Of a stretch of 64,000 bases of DNA, positions 9,965 to 20,411 are shown piece after piece; the first letter of the stretch is position 1; each line of letters starts with the position of its first letter. The position numbers were made by a program, and so were the translations under genes. The notes under the pieces are model-generated. The model was not told the origin of the DNA and made no database searches. It worked only from the letters and a program-made list of their open reading frames with translations. Source of the stretch: Alphaproteobacteria bacterium. GTDB taxonomy: Bacteria; Pseudomonadota; Alphaproteobacteria; UBA828. The stretch spans positions 3,616,001-3,680,000 of the forward strand of contig CBDEFM010000002.1 of NCBI GenBank assembly GCA_965237415.1, given 5' to 3'.

Positions 9965-10100
9965 TCACCCTCGACCTTCAGCGTCTTCACGAAGCTCTCC
10001 ATCATCGCGCTGTCGTAGGGGTTCCCGCGTCGCGCCATCGAGCCGACCAGGCCGTGTTCGCTGAGCAGGGCACGGTAGGCTTGGGCGGCGTACTGCGAAC
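9965..10100 (-). pseudogene. IS3-family transposase fragment
   Basis: GSQYAAQAYRALL...SMARRGNPYDSAMMESFVKTLKVE. Confidence 0.8.
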
Positions 10101-10120
10101 CTCTGACGCTCTCATGTTTG

Positions 10121-10432
10121 TCAAGCACTCGATGGGGCCGTGAGGACGCGGTAGATCTCGCGGGCCACGTAACGCTTCAGGCAGCGCATGATCTCGCGTT
10201 TGGACAGCCCCTCCAGGGTCCTGCGAGCGACATAGGCTCGGGTTCGTTGGTCGATGCGCATTCGGCACACGACGACTATGTGCAGGGCGGAGTTAGCTTG
10301 GCGGTTGTCATCGCGGTTGAGACGGTGGCGCTGAGCCTTCCCACTCGATGCGGGGATCGGGCAGACGCCGCACATCATGACGAAGCTCGCCTCGGAGCGG
10401 AGCCGATCCGGGTTATCCCCAACGGCGACCAT
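10121..10432 (-). pseudogene. IS110-family transposase C-terminal fragment
   Basis: CGVCPIPASSGKAQRHRLNR..NRQANSALH...CLKRYVAREIY. Confidence 0.85.
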
Positions 10433-10552
10433 GATTGCGCCCGCGTTCTCGGTGCCTACACCTTCGAGCTCGAGCAGATTGGGGGCGAGCTCCTCGACCG
10501 GGGTCCCGTTGCCCCCCCCCGCATGGGGCCGTTCACCTCAGACTACCCGGAT

Positions 10553-11995
10553 TTACGCAACCAGCGCCGGCCAACGGTCGCGCCAGGGGCGGGCGGCCTC
10601 GAAGGCGCCCGCTGCCCGCAGCACCATCGGGTCATCCAGGTGGCGGCCCACGATCTGCAGTCCCACCGGCAGCCCGTCCGCGGTCCAGCCGGCGGGCACG
10701 CTGGCGGCCGGCTGGCCCGTCATGTTGAGCGGGAAGGTGAAGGCGAGCCAGGCGAAGGGCGGCACTAGGCGCCCCCCGATGATCTCCGGTCCCTGCGTGT
10801 AGAGCCCGAAGGGCGGACACGCCAGCGTCGGCGTCAGCAGGAGGTCGTAGCCCCGCATGAAGCGCCACATCCTGTTGACCAGCGCCTTGCGCCCGATCAC
10901 GGCATTCGTCAGGTCCTCCGCCGTCCACGGTCGGGTGATGAAGTCCACCAGATGGGGCGTCATCTCTGCGCCATGCTCCGCCACCAGCCGCCGCATCCCG
11001 GCGAGGTCAGTTTCCGCCGCCACCAGGCCCCAGAAGGTGAGGTAGGGATCGTCCCAGCCGGGGTCAGCCTCCTCCACGGTGCAGCCGAGGTCGCTCTCGA
11101 ACACCTTCACCGCCTCGCCCACGACGCGGCGCACCTCGGGATCGACGGCGGCATAGCCCCAATCGGCGCTGTAGGCCACGCGGCATCCCTTGAGATCGCC
11201 GCCGGCACTCGCCAGCCAGTCGAAGTCGGCGGCGGGCAGCGAGTGGCGGTCGCGATCGTCGGGGCCGGCCATGACCGAAAGCATGAGCGCGGAGTCCGCC
11301 ACCGTCCGCGTCATCGGGCCGATATGCTCGATCCCCTCCCAGCTCGAGACCCCGGGATAGCGCTCGTCCCGGCTGCCGGGATAGAGCGGCACCCGCCCCA
11401 TCGACGCCTTGACGCCCACCAGCCCGCAGAAGGACGCAGGAATGCGCACCGAGCCGCCACCGTCGCTGCCGACCGCGAGCGGCCCCATCCCCGCCGCCAC
11501 CGACGCGCCCGAGCCCGCGCTGGAGCCGCCGGGGGTGCGCTCCAGGTTCCACGGGTTGCGGGTCGCCTCGAACACGGCATTGTGGCTCGCGCCGCTGTAG
11601 CCGAACTCCGGCACGTTGGTCTTGCCGAGGATGAGCGCGCCTGCGTCCCTCAGGCGCTCGACCACCACGTCGTCCTCTTCGGCCATAAAGTCCCTGTAGG
11701 CGACGGAGCCGGAAACCGTGGGCAGGTCCTTGGTGCAGACGAGGTCCTTGATGGCGACGGGGACGCCCGCGAGCGGGCCCGGGTCCTCGCCAGCCTGGAT
11801 GCGGGCGTCCACCTTGCGGGCGGCGGCGCGTGCATAGTCGGGCGCCGGCGTGCAAAAGGCGTGCACATGGGGCTCCACCACTTCCATGTGGGCGATGACC
11901 GCGTCCGCGACCTCGAGGGCCGAGAGCTCCCTGGCCCTCACCTGCGCTGCGAGCGTCACGGCGTCCATCCGGCAGATCTCGTTCGCTTTCGTCAT
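10553..11995 (-). CDS. Amidase signature family enzyme
   Basis: IKDL, GGSSAGS, GSDGGGSVRIPAS (Ser-cisSer-Lys triad). Confidence 0.95.
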   Translation of the reverse strand: MTKANEICRMDAVTLAAQVRARELSALEVADAVIAHMEVVEPHVHAFCTPAPDYARAAARKVDARIQAGEDPGPLAGVPVAIKDLVCTKDLPTVSGSVAYRDFMAEEDDVVVERLRDAGALILGKTNVPEFGYSGASHNAVFEATRNPWNLERTPGGSSAGSGASVAAGMGPLAVGSDGGGSVRIPASFCGLVGVKASMGRVPLYPGSRDERYPGVSSWEGIEHIGPMTRTVADSALMLSVMAGPDDRDRHSLPAADFDWLASAGGDLKGCRVAYSADWGYAAVDPEVRRVVGEAVKVFESDLGCTVEEADPGWDDPYLTFWGLVAAETDLAGMRRLVAEHGAEMTPHLVDFITRPWTAEDLTNAVIGRKALVNRMWRFMRGYDLLLTPTLACPPFGLYTQGPEIIGGRLVPPFAWLAFTFPLNMTGQPAASVPAGWTADGLPVGLQIVGRHLDDPMVLRAAGAFEAARPWRDRWPALVA

Positions 11996-12005
11996 GTGTC
12001 CTCCT

Positions 12006-13031
12006 TCACCGCAGCTTGCGTGCGAGCGGCCAGGGAACTTCCCGACCGGCCGTTATTCCTTGAGGGCGGAACAGCAGGATCATCAACATCAAGAATGAAA
12101 GCCCCACCTCGCGCAAGCCGCGCGGCGCGGCCAGATGCATCGCACCGACGTCGAAGCCGGACTCGATCTGGCGCAGCACTTCGCCGAGCACACTCACCAC
12201 GACGGTTCCCGTCACCGCGCCGGCCAGGCTGTTCATGCCGCCGATCACCAGCATGGCGAGCGTAATGAAGGTGACGTCCAGATAGAACGAGCTCGACGAC
12301 AGCACGCCGATGAAATGCGCATGCAACACCCCGCCGAAGCCTACGATGAAGGCGCTGAAGACGAAGGCGATCAGCCGCTCCCGCCGCACATTGATGCCGG
12401 CAGCAAGCGCCGCCACCTCGTTTTCGCGCGAAGCGCGCAGACGCACGCCATGGCGTGATTCCTGATAGGCGTAGGCCAACCCGAGCGCGAGAAGCGCATA
12501 GATCAGCGCGATCCATATGTCGGTATAGACCGGCAGCCCGATCAGGGCGCTGGCACCCCCGGTCACCTCCTTCCAGTTGGAGATGACCACATAGACGATC
12601 GCAAGCCAGGCGAAGGTTCCCATCGCCGCCGAGATGCCCGAGAGACGCATCAGTGGCAGGCCGATGACGAACGCGAAGATGGAGGACAGGATCGCCGCAA
12701 TCACGGCCGCCGGGATCGTCGGGAGCTGCAGAGCCGTCATGAAGGGCGGCAAATCGAGAACGACTTTCTTCATGGTGGGCGGGATGGTCAGCAGGGCGGA
12801 CCCGTAGGCGCCGATGGACATGAAGCTCACATGCCCGAAGGAGAGGATCCCGGAGTTCCCGACGAAGATGTAGATGCCGATCACGACGATCAGCCGGATG
12901 AACGCCTCGGTCGCCGTGCGCTGCAGCGGCATCGAGCCGAGCGAGAGTAGCGCGGCCAGAACGACGAGGACGAGTGCGAGGGAGAGAAGGGGCCAGATCG
13001 GCCGGAGTGCTCGTTCCACCCTGCCCGCCAT
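12006..13031 (-). CDS. Branched-chain amino acid ABC permease (LivM-like)
   Basis: Hydrophobic; GNSGILSFGH, LRASRENEVAA, FRPQGI. Confidence 0.9.
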   Translation of the reverse strand: MAGRVERALRPIWPLLSLALVLVVLAALLSLGSMPLQRTATEAFIRLIVVIGIYIFVGNSGILSFGHVSFMSIGAYGSALLTIPPTMKKVVLDLPPFMTALQLPTIPAAVIAAILSSIFAFVIGLPLMRLSGISAAMGTFAWLAIVYVVISNWKEVTGGASALIGLPVYTDIWIALIYALLALGLAYAYQESRHGVRLRASRENEVAALAAGINVRRERLIAFVFSAFIVGFGGVLHAHFIGVLSSSSFYLDVTFITLAMLVIGGMNSLAGAVTGTVVVSVLGEVLRQIESGFDVGAMHLAAPRGLREVGLSFLMLMILLFRPQGITAGREVPWPLARKLR

Positions 13032-13034
13032 TGT

Positions 13035-13919
13035 CTAGATGCGCTCCCTTGCGCTGCGGCCGCGCAGGAGGCCCTGGGGACGAGCCAGGAGGAATCCGAT
13101 CAACACGGCGAAGACGAAGGCATCGCGATAGGGCCTGAACTCCACCGGGAGGACCGCCTGCAACGACACCGTGAGAACGCCGACGACGAGACCACCGACG
13201 GCAGCCCCCACCAGGTTGCCCATGCCGCCTATCACGGTCGCGACAAAGGCGACCAGAACCAGGCTCACGCCCATTCTCGGCGTGAGCGTTCCCGTCTGTG
13301 TGACGTAGAGCAACGAAACGATCCCGGCGAGCACCGCGCTGAGGATGAACGCGATTGCGATAACAGCGTTCGCCCGCACGCCGACGAGGCGCGCCATGCC
13401 GAAGTCTTCGGCGGCCGCGCGCATCTGCATTCCCATGCTGCTACGCCGGAAGAAGAGAACCAGTGCGACCAGCAAGACGACGGTGATGGCGATCGTCACC
13501 ACCTGAAGCTTCGGGATGCGCAATCCCTCAACCACGAAGTACTCGCTCAGATCGCTGAGAAAGGTGACGCTCTTGGGCCGGGCACCGAAGATCAGAAGAA
13601 CGAGATGCTGGAGGAAATAGGCAAGCGCGAAGGACGCGATGAGAAGCGTGGCGGGATTGGCGCGTCGAAGCGGTCGAAACGCCACCCGCTCCATCACGAT
13701 CGCCACGGCAATGACGAGAACGATGGCGACCAGCGCCATCACCGCCTCGTGCTGCCCGAACGTGAAGAACAGCGCGTAGGCCCCGAGCATGATCAACTCG
13801 CCATGGGCGAAGTTGATCAGGCGCATGATGCCGAAGATCAGACCTATACCCAGCGCCGTAAGGGAATAGAGAGCCCCGAGACTGATAGCGTCGACGATAT
13901 TTTGGAGGACGAAGGTCAT
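13035..13919 (-). CDS. Branched-chain amino acid ABC permease (LivH-like)
   Basis: GLIFGIMRLINFAHGE, RPQGL. Confidence 0.92.
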   Translation of the reverse strand: MTFVLQNIVDAISLGALYSLTALGIGLIFGIMRLINFAHGELIMLGAYALFFTFGQHEAVMALVAIVLVIAVAIVMERVAFRPLRRANPATLLIASFALAYFLQHLVLLIFGARPKSVTFLSDLSEYFVVEGLRIPKLQVVTIAITVVLLVALVLFFRRSSMGMQMRAAAEDFGMARLVGVRANAVIAIAFILSAVLAGIVSLLYVTQTGTLTPRMGVSLVLVAFVATVIGGMGNLVGAAVGGLVVGVLTVSLQAVLPVEFRPYRDAFVFAVLIGFLLARPQGLLRGRSARERI

Positions 13920-14635
13920 GTGTCGCGCGTCTTGTAGCCGAAATAGGCGTCCTCGAAGCCGGCCTCCGAGCGCAACTCCTCGGCCCTCCCCGCCATCACG
14001 ATCGCACCCGACGCCAGCACATAGGTGCGGTCCGCAGCTTCGAGCGCCCGCGTCGCACTCTGCTCCACGATGAGAACGGTCACGCCGTCGGCGCGCAGAT
14101 CGGCGACCGCACGGTAGACCTCGTTGACGACGAGGGGCGCCAGCCCGAGCGAGGGCTCGTCGATCAGCAGCAGGCGCGGGCGCGCCAGCAGGGCACGGCC
14201 GATCGCCAGCATCTGCTGCTCGCCGCCGGACAGCTTGCCGGCCGGCTGCCGCAGGCGCTCGCGCAACGCGGGAAACATGGTCAAAACGCGGTCCACGTCG
14301 CCGTCGATGGCACCGCGATCGCGCCGGGCGACCGCGCCTATCCGGATGTTCTCGGCCACCGTGAGGCCGGCAAAGATGTGCCGACCCTCGGGAACCAGCG
14401 AGATCCCGAGACGCACGAGGTCTTCGGGCGCGGAGCCAGCGATCGTCCGGCCCTCGAATTCGATTGTTCCGGAGGCGGGAGCGACGACACCGGCAATGGC
14501 GTTGAGAAGCGACGACTTGCCCGCGCCGTTCGGCCCGATGACGGATACGATCTCGCGTTCTTCAATACGGAGCGTAACGCCAGCCAACGCCGAGATGTTG
14601 CCGTAGGTGACCCGCAGATCCTCAGTCGCCAGCAC
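13916..14635 (-). CDS. ABC ATP-binding protein (LivF-like)
   Basis: GPNGAGKS, LSGGEQQM, DEPSLGLAP. Confidence 0.93.
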   Translation of the reverse strand: MLATEDLRVTYGNISALAGVTLRIEEREIVSVIGPNGAGKSSLLNAIAGVVAPASGTIEFEGRTIAGSAPEDLVRLGISLVPEGRHIFAGLTVAENIRIGAVARRDRGAIDGDVDRVLTMFPALRERLRQPAGKLSGGEQQMLAIGRALLARPRLLLIDEPSLGLAPLVVNEVYRAVADLRADGVTVLIVEQSATRALEAADRTYVLASGAIVMAGRAEELRSEAGFEDAYFGYKTRDT

Positions 14636-14638
14636 GGC

Positions 14639-15385
14639 TTACGCGAAGTCCTCGCCGAGATAGGCTCTCCTGACCGCGGCGTTCGCCCGGATGTCGGAGG
14701 GCGCGCCCTCGGCGATCGAGCGGCCCTGATCGAGCACATGGATACGGTCGCACAAGCCCATGATGACCGCCATGTTGTGCTCGATCAGCAGCACACCGCA
14801 GTCGAGCCGACGGCGAATATCGCGGATGACCTCCCGCAGCTCCTCGCATTCCCGATCGTTGAGCCCGGCGGCCGGCTCGTCGAGCAGCAGGAAGCGCGGG
14901 CGCATGGCAAGCGCGCGTGCGATGCCGACGCGCCGTTCCTCGCCAAAGGGCAAAGCATCGGCCCGCGCCTCCGCCTGGGTCTCGAGATCGAGCCAGCGCA
15001 GCACCTCATCCGCGCGTTCACGCGCCCGCCGCCGACCGAGGCCCATGCCAAGCGCGCCTGCTTCGACGTTCTGAAACACGCTCAGACCGCCGAAGAGGCG
15101 GACGCCCTGGAAGGTCCGCGCCACCCCGTCGCGCGCCAGCTGGAAGGGCGCGCGCCCGGTCACGTCGTGCCCGGAGAGCCACACGCTGCCCTGGTCCGGT
15201 CTCTGAAACCCGGTCAGGACATTGACCAGAGTGGTCTTGCCGGCGCCATTCGGCCCGATCAGGCCGAGGATCTCATTCTGGCCCACATGCAGGCTCGCGC
15301 CGCTGATCGCGCGCACGCCCTCGAACCGCACATGAACGTCGCGTGCTTCCAGCTTCCCGCCTTCCGCGGCTGGCGCGCCCCGCAT
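14639..15385 (-). CDS. ABC ATP-binding protein (LivG-like)
   Basis: GPNGAGKTT, LLLDEPAAG, IEHNM, AYLG. Confidence 0.93.
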   Translation of the reverse strand: MRGAPAAEGGKLEARDVHVRFEGVRAISGASLHVGQNEILGLIGPNGAGKTTLVNVLTGFQRPDQGSVWLSGHDVTGRAPFQLARDGVARTFQGVRLFGGLSVFQNVEAGALGMGLGRRRARERADEVLRWLDLETQAEARADALPFGEERRVGIARALAMRPRFLLLDEPAAGLNDRECEELREVIRDIRRRLDCGVLLIEHNMAVIMGLCDRIHVLDQGRSIAEGAPSDIRANAAVRRAYLGEDFA

Positions 15386-15415
15386 TCTCTCCTGCCGGAC
15401 GACTTCTTGCCGGCG

Positions 15416-16609
15416 TCAGTACACGATCGAGGCGGCCTTGGTCGGCCGGAACACCCCGATGGCGCTGTGCTTGCCATTCTGCACCTGCATGATCGTCATC
15501 GGCCGGGTCACGCTCATGTGCAGCTCGGGCGTATAGGTGGTGGCGCCGACCAGGGAGGGCTCGTCGCTGAAGCTCTCGAGCACCTCGCGCACGGCATCAC
15601 CATCCAGCGTCCCGGCCCGCTCGACGGCATTGGCCCACGTCTCGATGGCTGCATAGCCGGTATACATCTGCCCGGTCGCAGGTGGCCCGCCATGCATCTC
15701 GATGAACTTTGCAAGAACCTCGTTGATTTCAGGGCGAGGATCGTCGCCGAAGATCGAGCCGTAGATCGCGTAGTAGAGGCCGCTCAGGTCCGGCACCGCA
15801 TCGAGCCAGTAGATGCCGCCCATGGCCTCGCCGCTCAGCAGCGGGATGTTCACGCCCGCTGCACGCAGCTGCTTGAGGGCAGACGCTCCGCCGGGGGGAT
15901 ATGAACAGTACATGATCGTATCCGGCTGAGTATCGAGCGCCTTGAGCCGCGTGATCTGGGTCGCAATCGACGGATCGTTGTTCTGGAACGTGTCCTCGCC
16001 CAGAAACGCCTCCTCACCCGCGATCTCGATCCAGCGCTCCTTGAAGGAGCGGCACAGGGAAACGTCGAATTCCACGGTCGGATCAACCAGCATGTAGGCG
16101 GAGCGATAGCCTTGATCGTTGTACCCCCATTCCGCCATCAGGGCGCCCTGCCCCGGCGTCCCGATCGACATGGTGAAGGCGTATGGCCCGATGCCCTGGA
16201 CGCCGAACTTGGGATCCGCGGCACAACTCGAGAAGGCGATGATGCCGCGCGCGTTCGCGACCGACGCGGCGGCGCCGCCGAAGTCGTAGTCACAGGTCAC
16301 GAGCACCATCTGCGCGCCTTGATCGATCACCTCGAGCCCGGCGTTGGCACCGTGAGCGATGTCTGACTTGGTGTCCGCGAAGACCATCTCGAGCTGTCGG
16401 CCGAGCACGCCGCCTCGCTCGTTGATGACCTTGACCGCAAGCTGCGCCGCCTTCTGCGGTCCGTCATCATAGGGCGCGATGAAACCGCTCAACGCAACAG
16501 CGGCACCAATGACGATCGGCTCCTCATCCGCGGCTGCATGCTGACCAAGGCCCAGAGACGCCGCCGCAATCAACCCAAGTACGACCCGCGGGACACGAAT
16601 TATCGTCAT
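15416..16609 (-). CDS. Branched-chain amino acid-type ABC substrate-binding protein
   Basis: Signal peptide, INERGGVLGRQL, operon context. Confidence 0.9.
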   Translation of the reverse strand: MTIIRVPRVVLGLIAAASLGLGQHAAADEEPIVIGAAVALSGFIAPYDDGPQKAAQLAVKVINERGGVLGRQLEMVFADTKSDIAHGANAGLEVIDQGAQMVLVTCDYDFGGAAASVANARGIIAFSSCAADPKFGVQGIGPYAFTMSIGTPGQGALMAEWGYNDQGYRSAYMLVDPTVEFDVSLCRSFKERWIEIAGEEAFLGEDTFQNNDPSIATQITRLKALDTQPDTIMYCSYPPGGASALKQLRAAGVNIPLLSGEAMGGIYWLDAVPDLSGLYYAIYGSIFGDDPRPEINEVLAKFIEMHGGPPATGQMYTGYAAIETWANAVERAGTLDGDAVREVLESFSDEPSLVGATTYTPELHMSVTRPMTIMQVQNGKHSAIGVFRPTKAASIVY

Positions 16610-16759
16610 GTGACAAGCCTCCCCCTTATTCCTTGTCGCAGCAAAGTATTAAGAAACTGCTGCTGTCTTTGCCCCGCAAGCATGCATATCGATCGCCGAG
16701 GTTGTCAACGGCGTGTCCTGGTTCAGGAGATGCGAGACGGCGGGGCATCGTTGGCTGCG

Positions 16760-16842
16760 AGCTGCTCAACGCCCTGGACGGGTTCACCTGCGAGAGCCTG
16801 GCGATCCGAGTGCGGCGGAAACTCTCCTCGGCCGGCGTTTTG
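16760..16842 (+). pseudogene. Small IS3-family integrase-core remnant
   Basis: LLNALDGFTCESLAIRVRRKLSSAGVL. Confidence 0.55.
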
Positions 16843-16877
16843 ACACACACCCTGAGCCCGCATTTCTCGCGCCGTGT

Positions 16878-17174
16878 TCAGCCCTGATCGTACCCGCCGC
16901 CGCGCTCGCCAGCCCCCACCGGCAGGCGCGCGGTCGCGGCGACGAGCCTTTCGGTATAGCCGTGCCGGGGTGCATCCAGCACCCGCTCGGTCGCACCGAC
17001 CTCCACGATGGCGCCCTGCTCCATCACCGCCACCTTGTCGGTCGCGAAGCGGACGACGTCGAGATCGTGGGTGATGAAGAGGCACGAAAATCCATCGCGC
17101 TCCTGCAGGTCGAGCAGAAGGTTCAGGATCTGGGCCTGCACCGAGACGTCAAGCGACGAGGACGGCTCGTCCAA
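16878..17174 (-). pseudogene. Peptide ABC ATPase C-terminal fragment
   Basis: DEPSSSLDVSVQAQILNLL...ITHDL...PRHGYTERL; no Walker A. Confidence 0.8.
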
Positions 17175-17312
17175 GATTATGGACCGCTTAATCGAACACC
17201 GACATGGCCGGCTTGGACCGGCCGACAGCGAGTGTCACCTGCTCCGGGCGCCGGCGAAGCGAGGGCGCAAGGGCAAGGCTCCGGTGAGCGGCGAGAGGGC
17301 CGTGAACGCCGC

Positions 17313-17933
17313 TCAGGCCGATGCCGATGGGGGCAATCCCCTGACCACGCCCGCCTGGACGACGTCGGGATCGAAGGCCTTCCGCGCGAAGACCTCATGC
17401 ACCTCGGCCTCGAAGCTCGTCAGCGGGTCCGTCGGATAGTCGGGGTCGAAGCTCGCCTGATCCCAGCGCTCGCAGAAGTCGACGCAGGACCGGAAATACG
17501 GGCTATCGGCATATATCTGGCGCAGCTCGGGCTCCCATCCGTAATGATGTGCGTAGTAGACCATCTGGAAGATGCCGTGATGCCGGACCGTCCAGACGAC
17601 CTCCTCGCGCATATACGGACGCAAGATCTCGGCGGCCACCTTGTCGTGGTTCTGTGGCGCCAGCCCATCGCCAATGTCGTGCAAGAGCGCCGCAACCACC
17701 CAGTCGATATCTGCGCAATGCCGACGCGCCCGGGTCGCCGTTTGCAGCCCGTGCTGCAGGCAGGTGATCTTGTAGCCCGACAGCGTGTCCTTGTCCCGGC
17801 TCGCCAGCTCGCGCAACAGCCGGTCGGCCGTGCCCTGGCGATAGATCTCCTCGCAGCGCGCGAGGAACTCGTAGTCCGCCCGCGTGCCGTCCTTCATCTG
17901 CGTGAAGTCGACCGTCTCCATCGTCTCAGGCAT
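17313..17933 (-). CDS. HD-domain metalloprotein (PhnZ/TmpB-like subgroup)
   Basis: HGLQTATRA, ALLHDIGD, NH, HH, WD ligands; overlaps the PhyH stop. Confidence 0.8.
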   Translation of the reverse strand: MPETMETVDFTQMKDGTRADYEFLARCEEIYRQGTADRLLRELASRDKDTLSGYKITCLQHGLQTATRARRHCADIDWVVAALLHDIGDGLAPQNHDKVAAEILRPYMREEVVWTVRHHGIFQMVYYAHHYGWEPELRQIYADSPYFRSCVDFCERWDQASFDPDYPTDPLTSFEAEVHEVFARKAFDPDVVQAGVVRGLPPSASA

Positions 17934-18801
17934 GGGCGGCCCTTTCGATCCCGCTGTAAAGGGTATTGTCGCCGTCGATCCCGTCGCCCAGCACCTTGGA
18001 CTTTGCGGCCATCACTTCCTCATAAAGGGCCAGGTGCGCCGGCGTAAAGCTGCCGGGCGGCGGCACCACGTTGATGCGGTTGCCTACCCGGTCGGCGCCC
18101 CGCATCAGCATGGCGAAGTCGCGGCGCGGTCCCATCGAGGGCGTGTCGGGCCGGATGAAGCGCATCGCCAGGCCGAGCCGCCGGTCGTCCGAGCTGTTCG
18201 GCCCCGAGGCGTGGAAGAGCCGCCCGTGATGGAGCGATATTTGCCCGGGTGCGAGCGCCGCCACCACGGCTTCCGCCTCGTTCACCTCGACGGCGATCTG
18301 CTGGCCGCGGCTGAGGAGGTTGTCGGCGGCGAAGGTATCCTCGTGGGGCACGATCTGCCCTTTGTGCGAGCCCGACACGAACTTCATGGCACCCGAGGTC
18401 GCGGTCGCCGGCGACAGCGCCACCCAGGCGGTCACCTCGTGGTCGGTGCCGTCCATGCCCCAATAGGTCAGATCCTGGTGCCAGCTCACGAAATTCGGCG
18501 TTCTCGCTTCCTTGATGAAGTATTCGCACGACCACATCAGGATGTCGGGGCCCAGGATGCTCTCGACCTTGTCCAGTATGCGCGGGTCGTGCGCGATACG
18601 AAGCGGCACGTCCGTGCTCAGATAGCTTGAGGTGCGCAGATACTGCCCGACAGGCCGGGGCAGGACCTGGGTACAGTTCCGTTCGATTCCTTCCAGCGCG
18701 GCGCGGTGTGCGGCGGCTTCGTCAGCATCGAAGATGTCGATCGGGCAGAGATAGCCGTCGCGGCGATAGGCCTCACAGTCCTGGGTGCCTAATCCCGCCA
18801 T
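17926..18801 (-). CDS. Phytanoyl-CoA dioxygenase (PhyH) family Fe/2OG dioxygenase
   Basis: WHQD (HxD), LFHASGPN...RR motif. Confidence 0.9.
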   Translation of the reverse strand: MAGLGTQDCEAYRRDGYLCPIDIFDADEAAAHRAALEGIERNCTQVLPRPVGQYLRTSSYLSTDVPLRIAHDPRILDKVESILGPDILMWSCEYFIKEARTPNFVSWHQDLTYWGMDGTDHEVTAWVALSPATATSGAMKFVSGSHKGQIVPHEDTFAADNLLSRGQQIAVEVNEAEAVVAALAPGQISLHHGRLFHASGPNSSDDRRLGLAMRFIRPDTPSMGPRRDFAMLMRGADRVGNRINVVPPPGSFTPAHLALYEEVMAAKSKVLGDGIDGDNTLYSGIERAAHA

Positions 18802-18900
18802 CGTGTCCTCCGTTATGGCCCGTGCATCTCACGCGAATCGGGAGGCAAACGGAACATCGATCTCTTACCCGTCAGATAGAGCCAGACTTGATTTTCGACC

Positions 18901-19170
18901 ATGGCACGGCGCATCCCGTCCCTCAACTGGCTGCGGGTCTTCGAGGCCGCCGCCCGTGCGGGTCCTTCGCCGGGGCGGCCGAGACGCTCAACATGTCGCC
19001 CCCTGCGGTGGGCCAGCAGATTCGGGCGCTCGAGGATCACCTGGGTCGCGCGCTCTTCGAGCGCGGGCCGCAAAGCGTCATGCTGACCGAAGCCGGCCGC
19101 GCCTATCTGTCCGCCGGAGCTCAGACGCTGCATGGGATCGAAAGCACCACGGCCGATCTCTTCGGCGAGC
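18901..19170 (+). pseudogene. GcvA-like LysR regulator, frameshifted (~18962) and truncated
   Basis: MARRIPSLNWLRVFEAAAR, then in another frame SFAGAAETLNMSPPAVGQQIRALE. Confidence 0.85.
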
Positions 19171-19299
19171 CGGGGACGCTCGCCCCTGGTGGAGACCTGG
19201 CTGATGCTCGCGTCGGGCCGGCTCGCGCCCCGCTTGCCGAAACGTAGACACCAATTGACGGCGCCGCTATCGCGACACCTTCCGGCCCGGTCTCCGCGT

Positions 19300-19500
19300 C
19301 GCCTGGGGCCGCCGCAAGCCGTAGACCATCCTCCAGGCCGAACACGCCGGCGGCCTGCGCTGTCGCCATCTCGCCTGCGACGTGCCCGGCCACAACGCTG
19401 GGCCGGATGGCTTCCTCCGCAGGCCGCAACTCTCGGGGATGCGGGCGCTGCGCCGACGGTCCCAGCGAGCCTGCTTTCGCGGACTCCGATCACTCTATAG
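19300..19500 (-). pseudogene. Degenerate PKS acyltransferase-domain remnant
   Basis: RPSVVAGH-VAGEMATAQAAGVFGLEDGLRLAA resembles the GHSxGE..AA..AGVFSLEDGLRL region. Confidence 0.6.
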
Positions 19501-19654
19501 CTCAAGTTCCAGCTCGGGCCCCTCGCGGACTTTCGCCCGCTCCCGCTTCCCTTCTCGCGGATCTTCCGCGTCACCTGGATGGCGCGGCCGCCATAGGCCG
19601 GCAGCTGGATGGTGTGACCGTCCGAAGTGAAGGTCGTGAAGCGCGGCCGGTCTC

Positions 19655-19930
19655 GGGGACGTTCTCGAACCGCGCTGTCAGTGGCTCCCGGTCGTCATCC
19701 ATGATCGTGCCGGTCGCCTCAGAGTCTGTGAGTTCCACTTCCGCTGGATTGCTGAGCGTGAGCGTGAAGGTCTCGTCGCCGTCGAACGTCTCATCCTCAA
19801 GCAGCGGAATGCTGATCGTCTTGACGGTCTCTCCGGGATTGAAAGTGAGAGTCCCGCTGCCAGACGTGTAATCCTCTCCTGCCGTCGCCGTGCCGTCCGA
19901 GACGGCCCAGTCCACCTTCACTGACCCATT
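19655..19930 (-). pseudogene. Calx-beta domain fragment of a large surface protein
   Basis: VDWAVSDGTATAGEDY..SGTLTF.PGET.KTISIPLLEDE...DETFTLTLSNP...ATGTIMDDD. Confidence 0.8.
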
Positions 19931-20411
19931 CCTCCGCACCAGGACGATGTCCGCCCGGGCGATGGCGCAGAACCGCCGAACCCGGTGTTCGGCCTCCACG
20001 AATCCGAGGTTGGGCTCGGTCCTGAACGCTGCCGCTTTGCCCGGAGCGGGGCCCGATTATCGACCGTTTCGGCCGATCGGAGGGCCTGGGCCCTGCGTGT
20101 TTCGAAATCGGCACGACCGCCTGCCGGGGCGCGACGGGCTTGGCCCCACGCATCATGCCCCGCATCGGAGGGCATCACGAAGGCCTGAGTCAGGTTTCGC
20201 GAGACCTCCGCGCCGAGCAGCAGCCAGTCGCCGTCCGACGCGACTGTTAACGGCGGAGGAATAATGCTCCACGCGGAGCGACCGGACGGTCCGGTCGCGG
20301 CGGCGCAAAAATGCGCCAACCATGGTCCTTTGTCGCTTGCGACGAGGGGCGGGTGCGGCGCGACGATCAAGATGAGACTTCTCATCCAGATCGTCGCGCT
20401 ATAGGCGGGGG

